Part shown: piece after piece, positions 24,252 to 27,668 of the stretch
Layout: the number at the start of each line of letters is the position of its first letter
Numbering within the stretch: position 1 is the stretch's first letter
IMG/VR virus record: IMGVR_UViG_3300011897_000001
Coordinates: 62,001-89,668 of that record
DNA length: 27,668 nucleotides
Origin: an uncultured virus (IMG/VR IMGVR_UViG_3300011897_000001)
Lineage: Duplodnaviria > Heunggongvirae > Uroviricota > Caudoviricetes
Strand: one strand, 5' to 3'
The notes under the pieces: generated by a model
The model's input: only the letters and a program-made list of their open reading frames with translations
What the model was told of the DNA's origin: nothing
Databases searched by the model: none
Program-made: the position numbers and the translations under genes

Positions 24252-24737
24252 ATGGCTCGCACCTACATTCAAACCAGCTGGAATGACGCTGATAAATTCG
24301 CCTACAATGGCGCTCAGCAACACTTCAAGCCGAACGGTGCAGCCAACCCCAAAGCTTATGAAGAGAAGCCTGTAGAGAAAGCCACCAAGACTAAGAAAGT
24401 CAAAGCTCCTGACTACAGAACTTTGGACCAAAAGCGTGAGGATAGCCTTGATAAAAAACGTGTTCAGTTTGAGAAAGCCTTTGAAGAGGGAACCATCAGC
24501 TTTGACCAGTACGAAGCTTTGCTGACTGAGTGGACTAAATCCCGTGCTCGCTTGGATCGTCGCATGGGGATTGTTGAAGAAGTAACCAACGACCTAACCC
24601 CTATCGCCAAAAGCTCCATCATCAACGCTCTGGAGAATGCTGCTAACTCATTTCGTGTTAATCACCCTTCCGCTTTCACTATAGTAGGTTGCCTGTTTGG
24701 TTGCGGTCTGCTGAATTTGGTGGGCTTTCGTGGCTAA
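24252..24737 (+). CDS. Hypothetical protein with C-terminal hydrophobic anchor
   Basis: GGTGA RBS, ATG 24252 (MARTYIQ). Confidence 0.75.
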   Translation: MARTYIQTSWNDADKFAYNGAQQHFKPNGAANPKAYEEKPVEKATKTKKVKAPDYRTLDQKREDSLDKKRVQFEKAFEEGTISFDQYEALLTEWTKSRARLDRRMGIVEEVTNDLTPIAKSSIINALENAANSFRVNHPSAFTIVGCLFGCGLLNLVGFRG

Positions 24738-24771
24738 GCTGACGAATGGGAACCTTTCTTTGAAAATACTA

Positions 24772-24800
24772 TTGACTCAGCCTCTAATCTGATCAATAAT
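24772..24800 (+). promoter_or_regulatory. Sigma70-type early promoter
   Basis: TTGACT-N17-AATAAT followed by an A/C-rich leader. Confidence 0.7.
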
Positions 24801-24834
24801 GAACCTACCAACCAAGCACACAGGAATCAATAAA

Positions 24835-25017
24835 ATGAAACAGTATAAAGTGGTCTTTTTCAAAGATGGTTTCAGAAGTGAAGTAAACGTGTTTGCCAGC
24901 TCCAAAATAAATGCTGAGCAGATTGTGATAAAGAATCAATTAAACGGAAAAATAGATAAGGCTAGCAGCCTAGTGGACTTGAATAAAATCTGGTATGTCT
25001 TGGATAGTGAGGAATAA
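24835..25017 (+). CDS. Hypothetical protein
   Basis: AGGA RBS, ATG 24835 (MKQYKVVF). Confidence 0.7.
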   Translation: MKQYKVVFFKDGFRSEVNVFASSKINAEQIVIKNQLNGKIDKASSLVDLNKIWYVLDSEE

Positions 25018-25022
25018 CAGTC

Positions 25023-25157
25023 GTGAGCCGAAATTCCTCCCACCTTGCCCGTGACCTACAATTTGCTCTAGATGTTTGGAGGAAGACAGGGAGTGTAAAA
25101 GATTTATTTTATGTTAAAACCTATGCTGCTAAACTCTTAGCCGGCGACTATAACTGA
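25023..25157 (+). CDS. Small hypothetical protein (44 aa)
   Basis: GAGGA RBS, GTG start, fills the gap. Confidence 0.5.
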   Translation: MSRNSSHLARDLQFALDVWRKTGSVKDLFYVKTYAAKLLAGDYN

Positions 25158-25167
25158 GGAGATCTGT

Positions 25168-25374
25168 ATGAACAGCAACGATAAGCAATGGGGACTGACC
25201 CGACTCAAGGAGTCTAAGAAGAAAGCATCTAGTGGAGAAATCCTATTCCATCTAATCCTTTTAATTTTGAGTGCTGGTTTGTGGCTTGTTCCAATGGGCT
25301 TATACTTTGGATTTCGTAGTATGAGAAACGCTGAGATTGACAAGAAGATTGAGAAATTGGTGAAGGAGGGGTGA
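25168..25374 (+). CDS. Small membrane protein
   Basis: GAGGAG RBS; HLILLILSAGLWL hydrophobic hairpin motif. Confidence 0.75.
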   Translation: MNSNDKQWGLTRLKESKKKASSGEILFHLILLILSAGLWLVPMGLYFGFRSMRNAEIDKKIEKLVKEG

Positions 25375-25375
25375 A

Positions 25376-25579
25376 ATGGTTGAAATAGGAGAAAAATCTG
25401 TTGTGTGGGCTGTTGTAGAAGAAGATCACAACGACGGTATAACTTTCTATGAAACGGTTCTTGATATCTTTTGGGATAAATCTCTTGCAGAAGAAGATGT
25501 AAAACGAAGGGCAGTAGAAATTAAGAGTTCACGTTATCCTGAATGTATTTATTTTGTCAAAGAGTATGAGGTGAAATGA
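25376..25579 (+). CDS. Hypothetical protein
   Basis: GGAGGGG RBS. Confidence 0.75.
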   Translation: MVEIGEKSVVWAVVEEDHNDGITFYETVLDIFWDKSLAEEDVKRRAVEIKSSRYPECIYFVKEYEVK

Positions 25580-25809
25580 TGACTAAAGAAATTAACTACA
25601 AAGATTTAACTGTGGTCTTCCGTAATGTCGATGGTGAGCGTGTTCAAAAACTTATGGATGCTAATCCTGATTGGAATGCTCTTGCTCGATATGATGTGAT
25701 CGAAGTTAATCAAGAGCTTGAAGAATTCATTCGTCAGCTAAGCTACGGTAATATTGACGATCCACAGACAGCAGCAGATGATCTTATGACCAAGATGAAA
25801 TGGGCCTAA
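25576..25809 (+). CDS. Hypothetical protein
   Basis: GAGGTG RBS, ATGA coupling. Confidence 0.75.
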   Translation: MMTKEINYKDLTVVFRNVDGERVQKLMDANPDWNALARYDVIEVNQELEEFIRQLSYGNIDDPQTAADDLMTKMKWA

Positions 25810-25929
25810 ATGAACAAACGCTCAAAACATCATCGTAAGCACTACTGGCGAAACACTCGGTGGGCAATCTTATGCGGATCGTTAGCAGTGGTGATTCCTT
25901 ATCTGCTGATTGTGTTGGTGACTTGTTAA
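25810..25929 (+). CDS. Small membrane protein (39 aa)
   Basis: Basic N-terminus followed by a TM helix: MNKRSKHHRKHYWRNTRWAILCGSLAVVIPYLLIVLVTC. Confidence 0.55.
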   Translation: MNKRSKHHRKHYWRNTRWAILCGSLAVVIPYLLIVLVTC

Positions 25930-25948
25930 CTTGAATGGGAGATAGATT

Positions 25949-26365
25949 ATGACTATGTGTGAATATGGTAGTATGCCGATGGGTAAAACAAATGATCAAC
26001 TGAAGATTGAGAAGCTCCAACGGGAAGCACAACAACTCCGTTCAGCGAATGCTAGATATAAGATGGAAGTCAAGCTTGCTCATTTTATGCTTGAAGACTT
26101 TGATTATGAAAAGACTGTCGGTGATGTAGAGCATGAGACAGAGCTTCATGATAAAATTGAAGCGGTCACTAATGCTAACAAGAAGCTTGAAGAAGCTTTA
26201 GATGAGGTTTGTGAAGCTCTTGATAGGCAGACACTGCGTTTGATTGAACGTGATCATAAGCTTAATAAGGCCATTGATCTTTTGACTGACGTAGTTGCTA
26301 CTCGTGAGCTTGAAAGAGAAGCTTGTAATTTGCATAACAAGATTGAGGAGTTTATTAATGAGTAA
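25949..26365 (+). CDS. Hypothetical coiled-coil protein
   Basis: GGGAG RBS; heptad-rich. Confidence 0.75.
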   Translation: MTMCEYGSMPMGKTNDQLKIEKLQREAQQLRSANARYKMEVKLAHFMLEDFDYEKTVGDVEHETELHDKIEAVTNANKKLEEALDEVCEALDRQTLRLIERDHKLNKAIDLLTDVVATRELEREACNLHNKIEEFINE

Positions 26366-26555
26366 AGACGAAGGGATTTATTTGCACTGTAAACACACCA
26401 AAGGTGATAATCTTCTCATCTATCAATCTACCAGCCAGGTGGTTGGGATTATTGTATTAAGTACAGAACTTGATGAGAATGTTGCTATCCAAGTCGATCA
26501 CAATGACATTCGAAAGCTCAGAAACTATTGTAATGAGATTCTAGGTGAAGACTGA
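26358..26555 (+). CDS. Hypothetical protein
   Basis: GAGGAG RBS, ATG 26358 (MSKDEG). Confidence 0.7.
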   Translation: MSKDEGIYLHCKHTKGDNLLIYQSTSQVVGIIVLSTELDENVAIQVDHNDIRKLRNYCNEILGED

Positions 26556-26746
26556 TGAGCATAATCATTAAAGGCTGGCTTTCTGAGGACGACTACGGAA
26601 AGCCTTGTGCAAGAGAGAAGGATGTCAAAGGTATGGAAGCTAAATACTTGCAACAATTCAAACTGGCAGACTTAAAGGCTGATGCAGAGAAAGCTAAAAA
26701 AGGTATAGAGGAGATTAGACGTGCCCAGAGAATTAATCGACGTTGA
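26555..26746 (+). CDS. Hypothetical protein
   Basis: AGGTGA RBS, TGATG coupling. Confidence 0.55.
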   Translation: MSIIIKGWLSEDDYGKPCAREKDVKGMEAKYLQQFKLADLKADAEKAKKGIEEIRRAQRINRR

Positions 26747-27302
26747 AACAGGAGAGGTGTTTGAAGAACGGACTAAGAAAGACCCGCCACCAGAAGCCTC
26801 TACACTTCAATACCTTGGTATAGATGTTAAGCATCCCTCAGAGTGTGTGACAAAGGATAGCTTCTTAGAGAGTCTGAAGAACCTTGATGCTTGCCTACAC
26901 TACAAAGTTGATATTGACTTAGAGATGCTCACTGAAGCTGTCATTAGGAAAATGATTAGTGTGCAAGAGCTTGCTGTGTTCAGATACATCTGTAAGAGGG
27001 TTGTAGGCTGGAATTACTTTATTGGTAATGTAAAAGAGTTTTCTAAAGTGGTTGATCCTAACAACCTATCTCGTTGTCTTGCTAAGCTTGAAGAGAACAG
27101 GTATATAGAGATAACACATAGAAATAAACCGTTCAGAGGTGATATAGTTATTAAAGCTAATCCTTTCTATGTTTGGAAAGGGACTTACAAGTTTAAGCTT
27201 TCAAGTATTGAACATTGGTATTCACCTTATAAAAATAAAGAACCAATCCCCTTATCCTCATCTGTGAGGTATTGGAAGGATTCAAACACCGATAAAGACT
27301 GA
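26721..27302 (+). CDS. Winged-helix DNA-binding protein, RepL-like
   Basis: N-terminal DVETGEV, HTH NNLSRCLAKLEENRYI, C-terminal NPFYVWKG resemble plasmid RepL-type/wHTH proteins; GAGGAG RBS, GTG start. Confidence 0.55.
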   Translation: MPRELIDVETGEVFEERTKKDPPPEASTLQYLGIDVKHPSECVTKDSFLESLKNLDACLHYKVDIDLEMLTEAVIRKMISVQELAVFRYICKRVVGWNYFIGNVKEFSKVVDPNNLSRCLAKLEENRYIEITHRNKPFRGDIVIKANPFYVWKGTYKFKLSSIEHWYSPYKNKEPIPLSSSVRYWKDSNTDKD

Positions 27303-27424
27303 ACTTGTAAATCTCCTTCTGTATTAATATAGCGATAGGAATGAAGATGCCAGGAAACATGGATAAAATATACTCATAACTATCATTTTATGTCATTAGT
27401 TTAACACTATTAGGTAGTCAAATA

Positions 27425-27445
27425 AAGGGCTCATTTTGAGCCCTT
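27425..27445. terminator. Perfect 9-bp inverted repeat (terminator or operator)
   Basis: AAGGGCTCA-TTT-TGAGCCCTT; the T-rich tail is better on the minus strand (TATTTG). Confidence 0.5.
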
Positions 27446-27668
27446 AAGTCTCTGAGAGTATAGTAACGACGATACTTAGAGGCTACTTTGTGTTGACAAG
27501 AGATTTAGTCTGTGAATGAGGTAAAATTAATGTTTTCAGTGTATCTCCCTACAATTACCTTTATTTGTTAAGCACGATAATTCCCTTCTATCAACTCAAA
27601 TCACGTGATAAATTCCTGCTAACCACTCATTTGTCAAGAAATATAGCCAAAATCTTTCCACCAACTCT

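Noticed and set aside
1037..26035. Numerous 60-170 aa opposite-strand or alternate-frame ORFs in the track (e.g. 3366-3632, 18274-18696, 20217-20720, 24117-24431)
   Set aside because: They are shadow ORFs overlapping well-supported genes, lack RBSs and run against operon direction
1..27668. Stop-codon reassignment
   Set aside because: All large genes are intact under the standard code, and TAA, TGA and TAG all serve as terminators

Overview
This window is a segment of a lytic dsDNA tailed phage genome (moderately AT-rich, densely packed, sigma70-type promoters). A gammaproteobacterial host, possibly Pseudomonas, is an inference only. It has two divergent arms. The minus-strand arm (about 18615 down to 1) starts with small early-type genes. 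It continues through a T7 gp4-like primase-helicase, a family B DNA polymerase, a gp2.5-like SSB, a GapR/DsbA-like DNA-binding protein, a 5'-3' exonuclease and an HNH nuclease. It ends in a nucleotide-metabolism block: metallophosphoesterase, MazG-like protein, DUF1937-like and DUF3310-like proteins, glutaredoxin, ThyX and the 5' end of a ribonucleotide reductase alpha subunit. The plus-strand arm (19279 onward) carries DenV, a deaminase-fold protein, a C5 DNA methyltransferase, many small hypothetical or membrane genes and a RepL-like winged-helix protein. Five free-standing homing-endonuclease-like genes are interspersed. The most unusual element is the roughly 500-nt gene-free interval between the arms (18750-19255). 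It is packed with hairpins and long-range complementarities and is a candidate large structured ncRNA or origin. Other points of interest are a two-state hairpin over the polymerase RBS, a (GA)8 tract in an RBS spacer, a shared upstream motif at two early promoters, and HNH genes that end inside downstream promoters or start codons. All family assignments come from motif recognition by eye; no database searches or folding programs were run.
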